A stretch of 35,140 bases of DNA from Actinomycetes bacterium. GTDB taxonomy: Bacteria > Actinomycetota > Actinomycetes > S36-B12. The notes beneath the pieces are model-generated. The model was not told the DNA's origin, made no database searches, and saw only the letters and a program-made list of their open reading frames with translations. Positions 9,877 to 20,038 of the stretch are shown here, piece after piece; positions within the stretch are counted from its first letter, which is position 1, and each line of letters opens with the position of its first letter. The stretch covers positions 1-35,140 of the forward strand of contig JBAWXR010000003.1 in assembly GCA_037143955.1 (NCBI GenBank), read 5' to 3'. Both the position numbers and the translations under genes were made by a program.

Positions 9877-9946
9877 GATCCCTGGCCCCACAAAACACTG
9901 GCCTCGCACGTTGGCACTTGCCGACGCGATCCGACAGGCTTCTCCC

Positions 9947-12364
9947 ATGACTTCCGGGACTTCGTCGACCGACCCCACTGCCACGCGCGTGCGCACCGGA
10001 CGCCGAGCCATCTGGCTCGCGATCGTCGTGGCCATCATCTGGCTGGCCATCGGATCGTTCGCGGGACCGCTCGCCGGAAAACTCAGCGAGGTCCAGAAGA
10101 ACGACAACGCGTCGTTCCTGCCCGCATCGGCGGAGTCCACGAAGGTGGCCGACGAGGTCGCCGGGTTCTCCGAGAACCAGTCACTGCCCATCCTCGTCGT
10201 CATCACCAAGCCCGACGGCGGGGCACTGAGTCAGGATGATGTTGCTACCGCGACCTCATTCGCCGGGACCATCCCCGACCTACCCGTGGGCACGTCAACG
10301 ATCAGTGCCTACCTGGACCCGCAGCCCATGGTCCCCTACCCGGCCCAGGACGGTAAAGCCGTTCTCATCAGTGTTCCGCTCAACGGAGACAAGGCGACGC
10401 AGAAGGTCGGAAATGAACTCGTCGTGCGTGCCGCTACCGAGAGCATCAGAGCAGCCGCAGAGAAGATCACCACAGTTCAGATCAACGTCACCGGACCCGG
10501 CGGTATTTTCACCGACCTCTTGACTGTCTTCGGCTCCATCGACACCACGTTGCTCGGCGCTACCGCGTTGATCGTTGCCGTGATCCTGATCTTTGTGTAC
10601 CGCAGTCCGTTCCTGTGGCTCGTACCACTGGTCGCCGCGGGAATGGCTCTGTCCGCAGCCAGTGCAATTGTGTATGTACTCGCCAAGAACGACGTGCTGG
10701 TCCTCAACGGGCAGAGTCAGGGAATTCTCACCGTGCTCGTCTTCGGTGCAGGCACCGACTACGCACTGTTACTTGTGGCGCGGTATCGAGAAGAACTCCA
10801 TCACTTCGAATCTCACACCGACGCTATGCGCGCGGCATTGCGTGGTGTGGTGGAACCCATCGTCGCCAGCGCTGCGACCGTCATCATCGGGCTGCTGTGC
10901 CTTCTGCTGAGTGAACTCAACTCCAATCGCTCAACCGGCCCGGTTGGTGCCGCGGGAATTGCCGGCGCACTCGTGGTCATGCTCACGTTCCTACCCGCAC
11001 TCCTCGTGATCCCTAGCGTGGTGCTGCCACTGCTCGCATTCATCGTGCCGACGGTCATTGGCCTAGCACTCCACCTTGCCGTCAATTCCATTCCCATCGG
11101 GCCCTTCGCGGCAATCGGTGGCCTGCTAGCCGTCATCACCATCATCGGCTGGATTGTTTTTGGCATCCTGCGCATCGTTCGGCCCACCTGGGGTCCGTTC
11201 TCGCGCACACGGTTCCCCGCAGGTCGATGGGCGTTCTGGCCCAAGGTTCCCCGCAACGGCGGCGAGGACGAGCGCATGTCCGGCCTGTGGTCGCGCATCG
11301 CCGGCGGCATCGGTCATCGACCACGCATCACGTGGATCGTCACCGCGCTGGTCATGCTCATCCTGGCGTGCTTCACCTTCACCCTGAAGTCCAGTGGCAT
11401 CACGACCACGCAGGGATTCATCAACCGCACGGACTCCGTTATTGGTCAAGAGCTTCTCGCTGAGCACTTCCCCGGCGGGCTGGGGACTCCGGTCATCATC
11501 CTGGCCAATGCGAGTGAAAAGGATCAGGTGCTCTCGACGGTCAAGGAGACGGACGGCATCGCCGCTGCCACGTTCTACACCGGAGTACCGGCGATGTCTC
11601 CGGCCGCTCAAACTGCTCCCCCCAAGGTCGTCGACGGTCGAGTGGAAATCGAGGCGACCCTGGCTGCGGCCGCCGATAGCCCCGAAGCCAACGACACCGT
11701 GCGGCTTCTGCGTGATCGGGTTCATGCCATCGCGGGAGCCGACGCGATCGTGGGTGGGCAAACCGCATCACAGCTCGACGTGAACGAGGCTTCACTGCAT
11801 GATCGCAACCTGATCATCCCGGTAGTCCTGGTGGTCATCTTCCTGGTGCTGATCGTGCTGCTTCGAGCTCTTGCTGCGCCGTTGATCCTGATCGGCACCG
11901 TGGTGCTGTCGTACTTCGCCACGCTGGGAGTGTGTGCACTGCTGTTCAACCATGTATTCCAATTCGCTGGAGCAGACACATCGTTCCCACTTTTCACCTT
12001 CGTGTTCCTGGTCGCACTCGGCGTGGACTACAACATCTTTTTGATGACTCGCGTGCGAGAGGAATCGAAAAAGCTCGGGACTCGACCTGGCATTCTCAAG
12101 GGACTCACGGTCACCGGTGGTGTCATCACCAGTGCTGGCATCGTCTTGGCAGCCACGTTCCTGGTGCTTGGCGTGCTTCCGTTGGTCGCACTTCGTGAGA
12201 TCGGCGTCGCGGTCGCCATCGGCGTGCTGCTCGACACCTTCATCATTCGGTCGACCCTTGTGCCGGCACTCGCCTACAGCATCGGGCGCAAGATCTGGTG
12301 GCCAAGCGCGTTGTCCAAGGCAGACCAACCCGACAGCGCGCTCGAACTCCAGAAAATCAGCTAG
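9947..12364 (+). CDS. MmpL-family (RND) transporter
   Basis: Two repeats with VTGP.G, FGAGTDYALLLVARYREE and VALGVDYNIFLMTRVREE; TGGVITSAG; terminal WWPS. Start inferred at ATG 9947. Confidence 0.92.
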   Translation: MTSGTSSTDPTATRVRTGRRAIWLAIVVAIIWLAIGSFAGPLAGKLSEVQKNDNASFLPASAESTKVADEVAGFSENQSLPILVVITKPDGGALSQDDVATATSFAGTIPDLPVGTSTISAYLDPQPMVPYPAQDGKAVLISVPLNGDKATQKVGNELVVRAATESIRAAAEKITTVQINVTGPGGIFTDLLTVFGSIDTTLLGATALIVAVILIFVYRSPFLWLVPLVAAGMALSAASAIVYVLAKNDVLVLNGQSQGILTVLVFGAGTDYALLLVARYREELHHFESHTDAMRAALRGVVEPIVASAATVIIGLLCLLLSELNSNRSTGPVGAAGIAGALVVMLTFLPALLVIPSVVLPLLAFIVPTVIGLALHLAVNSIPIGPFAAIGGLLAVITIIGWIVFGILRIVRPTWGPFSRTRFPAGRWAFWPKVPRNGGEDERMSGLWSRIAGGIGHRPRITWIVTALVMLILACFTFTLKSSGITTTQGFINRTDSVIGQELLAEHFPGGLGTPVIILANASEKDQVLSTVKETDGIAAATFYTGVPAMSPAAQTAPPKVVDGRVEIEATLAAAADSPEANDTVRLLRDRVHAIAGADAIVGGQTASQLDVNEASLHDRNLIIPVVLVVIFLVLIVLLRALAAPLILIGTVVLSYFATLGVCALLFNHVFQFAGADTSFPLFTFVFLVALGVDYNIFLMTRVREESKKLGTRPGILKGLTVTGGVITSAGIVLAATFLVLGVLPLVALREIGVAVAIGVLLDTFIIRSTLVPALAYSIGRKIWWPSALSKADQPDSALELQKIS

Positions 12365-13014
12365 CGGGTAAGTCCTGCGGTCAGTACCACTGATTGTGTG
12401 GGGCCGTTGCTGGTTGTGGGTTCCGCCGGCGGGGCGAAGATTGCGTCCACGCGCTGCTTCAGGTGGAAGAGGGTCGGACGAGGCACGGCAGTCTTCATCG
12501 GCTTCTCTGCAGCAGTGAACGAATCATTGATCTCATTTTGCGGGCGGGTCACCTCGCTTGGATCCTGAGCCGCCTTAGCGAGGTAGTCCTGCCAGGCGAG
12601 GTTATGGCGCACGTAGGCGTCCTTGGCGCGCACAATCGCGGTGTGCCACGGAAGGACGCTCACGTTCGCGACTCCAGTTCCGGCCTTTTGCACTGAGTCA
12701 TGACCTGCGCCGGCGACTTTCTGGATCTGCGCATTGAGTTTCGCCCGCACATCCGGCGTGAGTTGCCCCTGCCCGGCGAACTGGTCAAAGGTCGCACCAA
12801 GGTCGCCCTGAAGGGTGCCCATCGCGTCCTCAGACACCTCCACTTTGGCAACCAGGGCGTTCATCTCCGCATTACGCAACGCCCAGTCGGTCACCACCAG
12901 GCCGCCCACGCCCAGAACGATGAAGAACACCAGAACAGCGAGGACCGGGGGGACCCATCGTGGGGTCGCGCGGCTGGCCTTGGGCGGGCTGGGGATCTGC
13001 GGCGGCATCGTCAC
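12361..13014 (-). CDS. Hypothetical membrane-anchored protein (single N-terminal TM, helical extracellular domain)
   Basis: One strong hydrophobic segment (VLAVLVFFIVLGVGGLVV) followed by amphipathic helices; fills the gap between MmpL and the FAD oxidoreductase; GACAAT-N6-GTG at 13014. Confidence 0.65.
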   Translation of the reverse strand: MTMPPQIPSPPKASRATPRWVPPVLAVLVFFIVLGVGGLVVTDWALRNAEMNALVAKVEVSEDAMGTLQGDLGATFDQFAGQGQLTPDVRAKLNAQIQKVAGAGHDSVQKAGTGVANVSVLPWHTAIVRAKDAYVRHNLAWQDYLAKAAQDPSEVTRPQNEINDSFTAAEKPMKTAVPRPTLFHLKQRVDAIFAPPAEPTTSNGPTQSVVLTAGLTR

Positions 13015-13045
13015 CCGACCATTGTCACCCACTACCGTTGGCGAT

Positions 13046-14449
13046 GTGACCGCGGTGGCTGCTGACTGGCGAACGGGCTACGAGCGTCTGTGCGCCACCC
13101 TCGTGGAGCAGTACCGAGCCATCCCCGCAGGGGCGCCCGTGCGGCTGGCCAAGCGCACCTCCAACTTGTTCCGCCCGCGCGTCACGTCAACGACGCCGGG
13201 CCTCGACGTCGCGGCCTTTGACGGGGTCCTGCATGTCGACCCGGTCACGCGTACGGCCGAGGTTCTCGGCATGACCACCTACGAGCATCTCGTCGAGGCG
13301 ACCCTGCCCTACGGGCTCATGCCGATGTGCGTTCCTCAATTGCGCACCATCACTCTTGGCGGTGCGGTCACCGGCCTGGGCATCGAGAGTGCTTCGTTCA
13401 AGTTCGGTACGCCGCACGAGTCCGTCATCGAGATGGACATCCTGACCGGCGACGGCGAGATCCTCACCGTCACCGGGGCAACCGATGACCCCCACCGAGA
13501 CCTGTTCTATGGATTCCCCAACTCCTACGGCTCACTCGGCTACGCCCTGCGGTTGAGAATCGAACTCGAGCCCACTAAGCCGTACGTGTTTTTGCGTCAC
13601 GTGCGATACGCATCAGCCTCAGCTATGGCCGATGCCCTATCGGCACTGTGCATCGCACGAGAATTCGAAGGTCGTCGCATTGACTTCCTCGACGGCACGG
13701 TGTTCACCCCCACCGAGCAGTACCTCACGATCGGCACGATGGTCGAACAGCCGCCGGCGGGCACGTCGCCCAGTGACTACACAGGCATGAGCATCTACTA
13801 CCGCTCCATCCAGCAACGCGAGGCTGATGTTCTGACCATTCACGACTACCTCTGGCGTTGGGACACCGACTGGTTCTGGTGCTCGCGGGCGTTTGGCGCA
13901 CAGAAGCGTTGGGTTCGTCGCCTGTGGCCGAAGAGCAAACTGCGCAGTGACGTGTACTGGAAGATCGTCGCGCTCGACCGGCGGTTCGATTTCACCGGAC
14001 GATCCGCCCGGCTGCGCCACAAGCCATTCCACGAGCCCGTCGTTCAGGACATTGAGGTTCCGGTCGACCGGCTCGCTGAATTCCTGGAGTTCTTCCACCG
14101 AGAGGTGGGCATCGAGCCAATCTGGGTCTGCCCCTTGCAGCAGCGCGATCCCGCCGCCCGTTGGCCCCTGTACGAGTTTGACCCGGCCGTCCTCTATATC
14201 AATGTGGGCTTCTGGTCGGCCGTCACCCTCGAGCTGGGCGAGGATCCGGCCGATGGCCGGGTCAACCGGCGCATTGAAGAGGTGGTCACCGCCCTGGATG
14301 GCCGCAAGTCCCTGTACTCCACGGCCTTCTATGACCGGGAAACGTTTTGGTCGATCTATGGCGGAGTGCAGTACGCGCAACTCAAGTCCCAATACGATCC
14401 TTACTCAAGGTTGCGGGGGCTCTACGAGAAGGTCGTGGAACGCCTGTAG
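13046..14449 (+). CDS. FAD-binding oxidoreductase (Rv3719/TmsA/BfaA-like 10-methylene fatty acyl reductase)
   Basis: VRLAKRTSNLFRPR, VPQLRTITLGGAVTGLGIES, FPNSYGSLGY, YLWRWDTDWFWCSRAFG, VVQDIEVP, KSLYS; directly upstream of a cfa-like gene. Start GTG 13046 after TACCGT-N7. Confidence 0.85.
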   Translation: MTAVAADWRTGYERLCATLVEQYRAIPAGAPVRLAKRTSNLFRPRVTSTTPGLDVAAFDGVLHVDPVTRTAEVLGMTTYEHLVEATLPYGLMPMCVPQLRTITLGGAVTGLGIESASFKFGTPHESVIEMDILTGDGEILTVTGATDDPHRDLFYGFPNSYGSLGYALRLRIELEPTKPYVFLRHVRYASASAMADALSALCIAREFEGRRIDFLDGTVFTPTEQYLTIGTMVEQPPAGTSPSDYTGMSIYYRSIQQREADVLTIHDYLWRWDTDWFWCSRAFGAQKRWVRRLWPKSKLRSDVYWKIVALDRRFDFTGRSARLRHKPFHEPVVQDIEVPVDRLAEFLEFFHREVGIEPIWVCPLQQRDPAARWPLYEFDPAVLYINVGFWSAVTLELGEDPADGRVNRRIEEVVTALDGRKSLYSTAFYDRETFWSIYGGVQYAQLKSQYDPYSRLRGLYEKVVERL

Positions 14450-14520
14450 TTCGTCCAGCAGCAGCGTCGGCCTCTCCGCCGGCGCGCACGAGATTTGCCG
14501 CACGGCAAGGAGGCAGCACC

Positions 14521-15783
14521 ATGGGTATGACGCTCGCCCACGCGTTCGAGCTCATCGTTCCCGCCGAAAGAGGTGTGGGATTTCGCGCCTACGACGGGTC
14601 CACCGCCGGACCGGCCGATGCCGTCGTGACGCTCGACATCCGAACCCCCCGCGCCGTCGAATACCTGGCCTCCTCCCCTAACCAGCTTGGTCTGGCCCGC
14701 GCCTACGTCACCGGCGACATGGAGATCATCGGCAGCGCATACGAAGCGATGTCGCGGCTCTACCCCATGCCGATGGACCACCTCACGCCCGGCGACAAGT
14801 TCAAGCTGGGTCGTCTGCTCGCGGGCAAGGCGCTTAAGCGCCCCGCTCCGCCGCCGCAGGAGGCCGTGCTCAAGGGCGGTCGCCACTCCAAGCGTCGCGA
14901 CGCCGCGGCCATCCATCACCACTACGACGTCAGCAACCTGTTCTACTCCTGGGTGCTTGGGCCCTCGATGGCATACACGTGCGCGGTCTTCCCCGATGCC
15001 GACGCGAGCCTGGAGGTCGCGCAGGCGACCAAGTTTGACCTCGTGTGCCGCAAGCTAGACCTTCAGCCCGGCATGCGTCTGCTCGACATCGGTTGCGGAT
15101 GGGGCGGCATGGTCCGCCATGCGGTCAAGTACTACGGCGTGACCGCCATCGGCGCCACGCTTAGTGAGCAGCAGGCGATCTTCGCCCAGCAGCGCATCGC
15201 CGAGGAGGGCCTTGGTGACCGCGCCGAGGTTCGGTTCAGCGACTACCGCGATGTCAAGGAGACCGACTTCGACGCCATTTCGTCGATCGGCCTCACCGAA
15301 CACATCGGCCGCGACAACTACCCGTCGTACTTCGCCTTCGCGTACGACAAGCTCAAGACCGGTGGCCGCATGCTCAACCACACCATCACGCGCTCCGACG
15401 ACGGCGAGCGCGCCATCTACAAGAACTCGTTCATCAACCGCTACGTGTTCCCCGATGGCGAACTCTCCGGTCCCGGCCACATCATGAGCGCCTTCAACAA
15501 TGCGGGCTTCGAGATTCGGCACGAGGAGAACCTGCGCGAGCACTACGCGCTCACCCTCAAGCACTGGTGCGAGAACCTTGAGGATCACTGGGACGAGGCC
15601 GTTGCCGAGGCGGGCCTGGGCACCGCTCGCGTGTGGCGCCTCTACATGGCCGCGTCACGTATGGGCTTTGACATCAACAACATCCAGTTGCACCAGATGC
15701 TTGCGGTCAAGAACGATGCACGCGGACGTTCAGGAATGCCGCTGCGCCCGGACTTCACCACTCAGGTGAGCGCGTTCGTCTAG
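14521..15783 (+). CDS. cfa: Cyclopropane-fatty-acyl-phospholipid synthase family SAM methyltransferase (Rv3720/TmsB/BfaB-like)
   Basis: HHYDVSN, MAYTCA, LDIGCGWG SAM motif, YVFPDG, REHYALTL; AAGGAGG RBS before ATG 14521. Confidence 0.92.
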   Translation: MGMTLAHAFELIVPAERGVGFRAYDGSTAGPADAVVTLDIRTPRAVEYLASSPNQLGLARAYVTGDMEIIGSAYEAMSRLYPMPMDHLTPGDKFKLGRLLAGKALKRPAPPPQEAVLKGGRHSKRRDAAAIHHHYDVSNLFYSWVLGPSMAYTCAVFPDADASLEVAQATKFDLVCRKLDLQPGMRLLDIGCGWGGMVRHAVKYYGVTAIGATLSEQQAIFAQQRIAEEGLGDRAEVRFSDYRDVKETDFDAISSIGLTEHIGRDNYPSYFAFAYDKLKTGGRMLNHTITRSDDGERAIYKNSFINRYVFPDGELSGPGHIMSAFNNAGFEIRHEENLREHYALTLKHWCENLEDHWDEAVAEAGLGTARVWRLYMAASRMGFDINNIQLHQMLAVKNDARGRSGMPLRPDFTTQVSAFV

Positions 15784-15791
15784 AAGTTGGA

Positions 15792-16631
15792 CTAGGCGCG
15801 AGCCAGCACCATGTCGTGCTCGCATACGAGTACTCCGTCAGGTCCCGGGACGAAATCTCGAATGAGGGACTCCTTGACGCCGAAAACCGTGTCGGAGTCC
15901 AGGTACTTGCTCGCGCGATCAAACACGTGGGTTGTCAACGACAGGTAGCCGTCTTTTGAGACCTTGACGTGAATGTGGGCCGCGCGCCATTCGTGGCGCC
16001 CTGTGTCGCGAAGCAACTTGCCCACCGGTCCATCGGCCGGCACGGGATAGGGCACCGGTCGCACGGTGTGGATCTCGAAACGCCCCTGCTCATCCGTCAG
16101 GTACTTGCCGCGCAGGTTGGTAGCCGGCTGCTCGCCGGGAACCTGCACTGCGTAGAAACCCGTGGCCGCGTTCTGCCACACGTCGAGCATTGCTCCAGCC
16201 AGAGGATTTCCCTGCTCGTCACGTACCGTGCCGCGATATATCGCGGCCTCGCCGCCGTCGGCGTACTCCACCATGGATTCGCCGAACTCACGCACAGGGG
16301 AACCGCCCGCGTAGAACGGACCCAGCACGGTGCTCTCGGTGATGATCGGATCGTCATGGCCATGGTTGATGAGGTCCACCTGCATCGACAGACCAAGGGT
16401 GTCCGACAGCAGGATGAACTCCTGACGCACGTCATCGGAGATCTTCCCCGTCGCCGTCAAAAACTGCACTCCCGCAAACCACTCGGCCTCCGTGAGCCGC
16501 ACCTCACGGGCAAACTCATGAAGGTGGCGAACCAACGACGTCATGATCTCCCGCAGCCGCGGGTCGGGCGTGGCGGCAAGGCGGCCGAGAACTTCGTCGG
16601 TGAGTCCCTGCTCTTGGTCGGACGCACTCAT
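15792..16631 (-). CDS. Intradiol ring-cleavage dioxygenase, hydroxyquinol 1,2-dioxygenase type (PnpG/HqdE-like)
   Basis: RQEFILLSDTLGLS, TESTVLGPFY, DVWQ, GFYAVQ and PVPYPVP (Tyr ligands), RAAHIH (His ligands), YLDSDTVFGVK. Confidence 0.9.
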   Translation of the reverse strand: MSASDQEQGLTDEVLGRLAATPDPRLREIMTSLVRHLHEFAREVRLTEAEWFAGVQFLTATGKISDDVRQEFILLSDTLGLSMQVDLINHGHDDPIITESTVLGPFYAGGSPVREFGESMVEYADGGEAAIYRGTVRDEQGNPLAGAMLDVWQNAATGFYAVQVPGEQPATNLRGKYLTDEQGRFEIHTVRPVPYPVPADGPVGKLLRDTGRHEWRAAHIHVKVSKDGYLSLTTHVFDRASKYLDSDTVFGVKESLIRDFVPGPDGVLVCEHDMVLARA

Positions 16632-17677
16632 GCTGCCGGCTCCTTCGTCTTGACCACGGCAAATCTCTCCAACGGATTCACGAGGCGGTAGCCCACGGGG
16701 AACAATTTGATGCGGCCATTAAGGCTCAAAAGTCCCCAGAGTCCACGGGGTGCAAGCAACACGACGACGATCGCCAGCACGCCGAGGATGACCAGGTACC
16801 AGACGCCGTAATCCGAAAGCCACTGCTGGAGTGCATAAAACACGATGGCACCGATGATGGGTCCCTCGATCGTGCCCATACCGCCAATGACCACGATGAA
16901 GATCATGAACGCCGAATACTGCACCGAGTAGACCGACTCCGGCGTGATGTGCAGTGTGTTGGCAGCGATCATGCTGCCTGCGAGCGCACAGCCCATGGAT
17001 GACACCAGGTACACGATGCGCTTGCTCGACGTTACCCGCACGCCGAGCGATCCCGCGGCCGTCGCGTCATCGCGGATGGCCGTGAAGCCCAGGCCCAACC
17101 GCGATCGCATGATGAGGTACGTGACGAGAACGGCGATCACCACAGCGGCAAGTGACAGCCAGTAGACGTACGCGATGCGACGGCCGGGGCTCAGGACATT
17201 GAGCGCGGTCAGTGTCAGACCAGCGCCACCACCCACAGCATCGATCTGCATGGTGATGAGGCGAACGACCTCAGCGATGACCCATGTGCCAATCGCGAAA
17301 TAGCCCCCCGAAAGTCGGAAGGCCAGGAACGAGATGGGCAATGACAGCAGGCCGGCAATGATGACCGCTACTGGAACCGCGAGGAACGGATCGATCCCCA
17401 AGCTGTCGGCGATATAGACCAAGCCGTAAGCCCCGATGCCGATGTAGGCCTGCTGGCCGATGGACACCATGCCGCCGTAACCGGCAAGCAGATTCCACAT
17501 GGTTCCCAGGACGATGAGGGAAAAGAGGATGACGAGGTTCTGCTGGAGTCCCCTGGAGATGATGTACGGCCCGAGGGCCAACACGATGAGGATGGGCACG
17601 ATCACGGCGAGCCCGATCCACGAGGACTTTGTTGCGCGTCGAACCTTGACTGGCCCGACAGTGGCTGGTGCGCTCAT
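16628..17677 (-). CDS. Branched-chain amino acid-type ABC transporter permease (LivM-like)
   Basis: WNLLAGYGGMVSIGQ, RLSGGYFAIGT, AIRDD...A.SLGV, IGGMGTIEGP, PRGL; ATGA overlaps at both ends. Confidence 0.9.
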   Translation of the reverse strand: MSAPATVGPVKVRRATKSSWIGLAVIVPILIVLALGPYIISRGLQQNLVILFSLIVLGTMWNLLAGYGGMVSIGQQAYIGIGAYGLVYIADSLGIDPFLAVPVAVIIAGLLSLPISFLAFRLSGGYFAIGTWVIAEVVRLITMQIDAVGGGAGLTLTALNVLSPGRRIAYVYWLSLAAVVIAVLVTYLIMRSRLGLGFTAIRDDATAAGSLGVRVTSSKRIVYLVSSMGCALAGSMIAANTLHITPESVYSVQYSAFMIFIVVIGGMGTIEGPIIGAIVFYALQQWLSDYGVWYLVILGVLAIVVVLLAPRGLWGLLSLNGRIKLFPVGYRLVNPLERFAVVKTKEPAA

Positions 17678-18543
17678 GAATTCACCGCCTTCTGTAGGAG
17701 ACCGGTAGGTCGGAACGCCAAGATTGCGAGGAACACGAGGTTGCCAAAGAGCACGCCGTACGACGGATTGATCTGTGCACCGACAGTCTGGGCAACACCC
17801 AACACAATTCCACCGATAAGAGTTCCCCACAGGGATCCCAGACCACCGATGATGACCGCCTCGAAGGCGAAGATCAATGTTGCATCGCCATAGGTCGGAC
17901 TGAACTGCGTGCGGATACCGAGGAAGACGCCCGCGATGCCGACGATGCCGATCGCGAGGGCTGTCGCCTTGGCATAGATACGACGATTGTCGATGCCCAT
18001 GAGCTGGGCCGCATCCTTGTCGTCACTCGCTGCACGCATTGCTCGGCCATCGCGTGTCCGATTGAGATAAACCTGCAACCCGGCAATGACCAACACGCCT
18101 ACGACAAACGTGATCAGCGGGAACACGCCGATGTAAATCGTGTCCGTGACCTGAATGCTCTGGACGCCGAGCATGCCCGCATCAATTGATCGGGTATCGG
18201 CGGTGAAGAACGCCTGTAAGAGGTTTGTGATCACCACCGCGATACCGAAAGCCACGAGGATGGGCGCCAACCCGCCAGACTTCAGGGAGGGATTGAAGAG
18301 TCCCATCTGTAACACCCAGCCGATACCGGCCATCACCGGAATCACGACTATGAGTGTCAAGAACGCATTGATATGGAAATTGTGAACAAGGAAGTAGCCC
18401 ATGTAGGCGGCCACGACGGCCAGAACACCATGAGCAAGATTCACGATGCGCATGACACCGAACATGAGTGATAGGCCTGCAGCGAGCAGCGCATAGAGGC
18501 CACCCAGCAGGAGACCCTGGAGCACGGCATTGAGCCAGTCCAC
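17674..18543 (-). CDS. Branched-chain amino acid-type ABC transporter permease (LivH-like)
   Basis: GLLLGGLYALLAAGLSLMFGVMRIVNLAHG, GRAMRA, IIGGLGSLWG, RPTGL; GTG 18543 preceded by AGGAGG. Confidence 0.9.
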   Translation of the reverse strand: MDWLNAVLQGLLLGGLYALLAAGLSLMFGVMRIVNLAHGVLAVVAAYMGYFLVHNFHINAFLTLIVVIPVMAGIGWVLQMGLFNPSLKSGGLAPILVAFGIAVVITNLLQAFFTADTRSIDAGMLGVQSIQVTDTIYIGVFPLITFVVGVLVIAGLQVYLNRTRDGRAMRAASDDKDAAQLMGIDNRRIYAKATALAIGIVGIAGVFLGIRTQFSPTYGDATLIFAFEAVIIGGLGSLWGTLIGGIVLGVAQTVGAQINPSYGVLFGNLVFLAILAFRPTGLLQKAVNS

Positions 18544-18553
18544 GACAGCCCTC

Positions 18554-19252
18554 CTAGATTCCGAAGTACGCGGACGCGATTTGGTCCCGGGTGAGCGATC
18601 CCGCGGTGCCTTCCAGCACCGTGCGACCCTCAAGCAGGCACTGCACGCGGTCGGCCACCTTGAGGGCCTGGTTGACGTCCTGCTCGACCAGCAGAACGGT
18701 GGTGCCATTACCCGTGATGGTGGGCATCGCGGCATAGATCTGCTCAACAACCACCGGCGCAAGGCCCAGCGACACCTCATCAAGCATGAGCAAGCGCGGA
18801 TTGCTCATGAGTGCTCGGCCAATCGCGGCCGCCTGCTGTTCACCACCGGAGAGATTCACACCCACGCGATCGCGTCGATCAGCGACAAGTGGGAACGCTT
18901 CGTAGACCGACGCGAGATTCCAGGGACCCGGGCGCCCCGAGTGCGCGCCCACCTTGAGGTTCTCCTCCACCGACAGGCTCGGAAAGATACGTCGACCCTC
19001 GGGGGTGAGCGCAATGCCCATTGGCACACGCTTATAGCTGGGTACCCGAGTGATGTCCCGACCGTCGAAGGTGATGGTGCCGTTCGTGGGCGTCATGAGA
19101 CCCGCCAGCGCCTTCATCAGGGTGGACTTGCCGGCTCCGTTGGCCCCGATGACGGCCAGCGTCTCACCCTCCTGGACGTGCAAGGACAGGCCATACAGCG
19201 CCTGGAAGTCGCCGTAGTGGACGTCAACGGCGTCGACGTTGAGCAAGGTCAT
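18554..19252 (-). CDS. ABC transporter ATP-binding protein (LivF-like)
   Basis: GANGAGKST Walker A, PEGRRIF, LSGGEQQ, LMLDE, LLVEQ. Confidence 0.92.
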   Translation of the reverse strand: MTLLNVDAVDVHYGDFQALYGLSLHVQEGETLAVIGANGAGKSTLMKALAGLMTPTNGTITFDGRDITRVPSYKRVPMGIALTPEGRRIFPSLSVEENLKVGAHSGRPGPWNLASVYEAFPLVADRRDRVGVNLSGGEQQAAAIGRALMSNPRLLMLDEVSLGLAPVVVEQIYAAMPTITGNGTTVLLVEQDVNQALKVADRVQCLLEGRTVLEGTAGSLTRDQIASAYFGI

Positions 19253-19992
19253 GACGCCTCCCCACCCAGATCGAAGGTGGAGCCCAAGTACACGTCAATG
19301 ACGGCCTGGCTACGCATGACTTCCTGCGGGTCTCCGATGGCAAGGACCTGCCCGAGTGCCAAGCACATGAGTTGGTCAACGACCGCGGTGAGGGCATGGA
19401 CGATGTGCTCAATCCAGATGACCGTCACCCCCGAGTCTCGAAGAGACCGGATGAGTTCGACGAGCGGCGGTAGCTCTTTCTCGGTCAGTCCGCCAGCAAT
19501 CTCATCGAGAAGTATGAGCTGGGGATCCGTGGCCAATGCCCGTGCAAGTTCGAGGCGCTTGCGATCCAAGAGACGAAGTGAGCCGGCGGGCTTGTCCGAG
19601 AGATGCGCGAGGCCCGTGACATCCAAAGCCCGCGCCGCAGCCGCGTACCCGGCCTGTCCGTGCGCCGAGGCTCCGAATGCCGAGCCGACATAAACATTCT
19701 CGAAAACAGTCATGTCCACGAACGGCCGCGGAATCTGGAACGTCCGCGCAATTCCATTGCGAGTGCGCACCGCGGGCCGCTGTTTGGTGATGTCGGCTCC
19801 GCGGAAACGAATGGTCCCTGCATCCACGGGGAGCACACCGGTGATGAGGGACAGCAGGGTGGACTTTCCCGCGCCATTGGGTCCGACGATGCCTAACGCG
19901 GTTCCTTGCTCCACAGTGAAACTGACGGCCTCCGCAGTGACGACCTTGCCGAAACGCTTCGACAGGCCGCTGACTTCGAGGATCGGGCTCAT
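19249..19992 (-). CDS. ABC transporter ATP-binding protein (LivG-like)
   Basis: GPNGAGKST, IARTFQIPRPF, RLELARALA, LLDE, WIEH, VYLG. Confidence 0.92.
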   Translation of the reverse strand: MSPILEVSGLSKRFGKVVTAEAVSFTVEQGTALGIVGPNGAGKSTLLSLITGVLPVDAGTIRFRGADITKQRPAVRTRNGIARTFQIPRPFVDMTVFENVYVGSAFGASAHGQAGYAAAARALDVTGLAHLSDKPAGSLRLLDRKRLELARALATDPQLILLDEIAGGLTEKELPPLVELIRSLRDSGVTVIWIEHIVHALTAVVDQLMCLALGQVLAIGDPQEVMRSQAVIDVYLGSTFDLGGEAS

Positions 19993-20038
19993 GGGTTCCT
20001 CTGCTGGATTCTGCCGGGGGGGCGATCAGGGAAATGCT

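Noticed and set aside
12815-13045. Extended N-terminus of the FAD oxidoreductase and other longest-ORF starts (1987, 3458, 9898, 14347, 17830, 18783, 22744, 23541, 28939)
   Set aside because: Extensions overlap neighbouring genes and lack family similarity; downstream starts have an RBS, a -10 or ATGA coupling.
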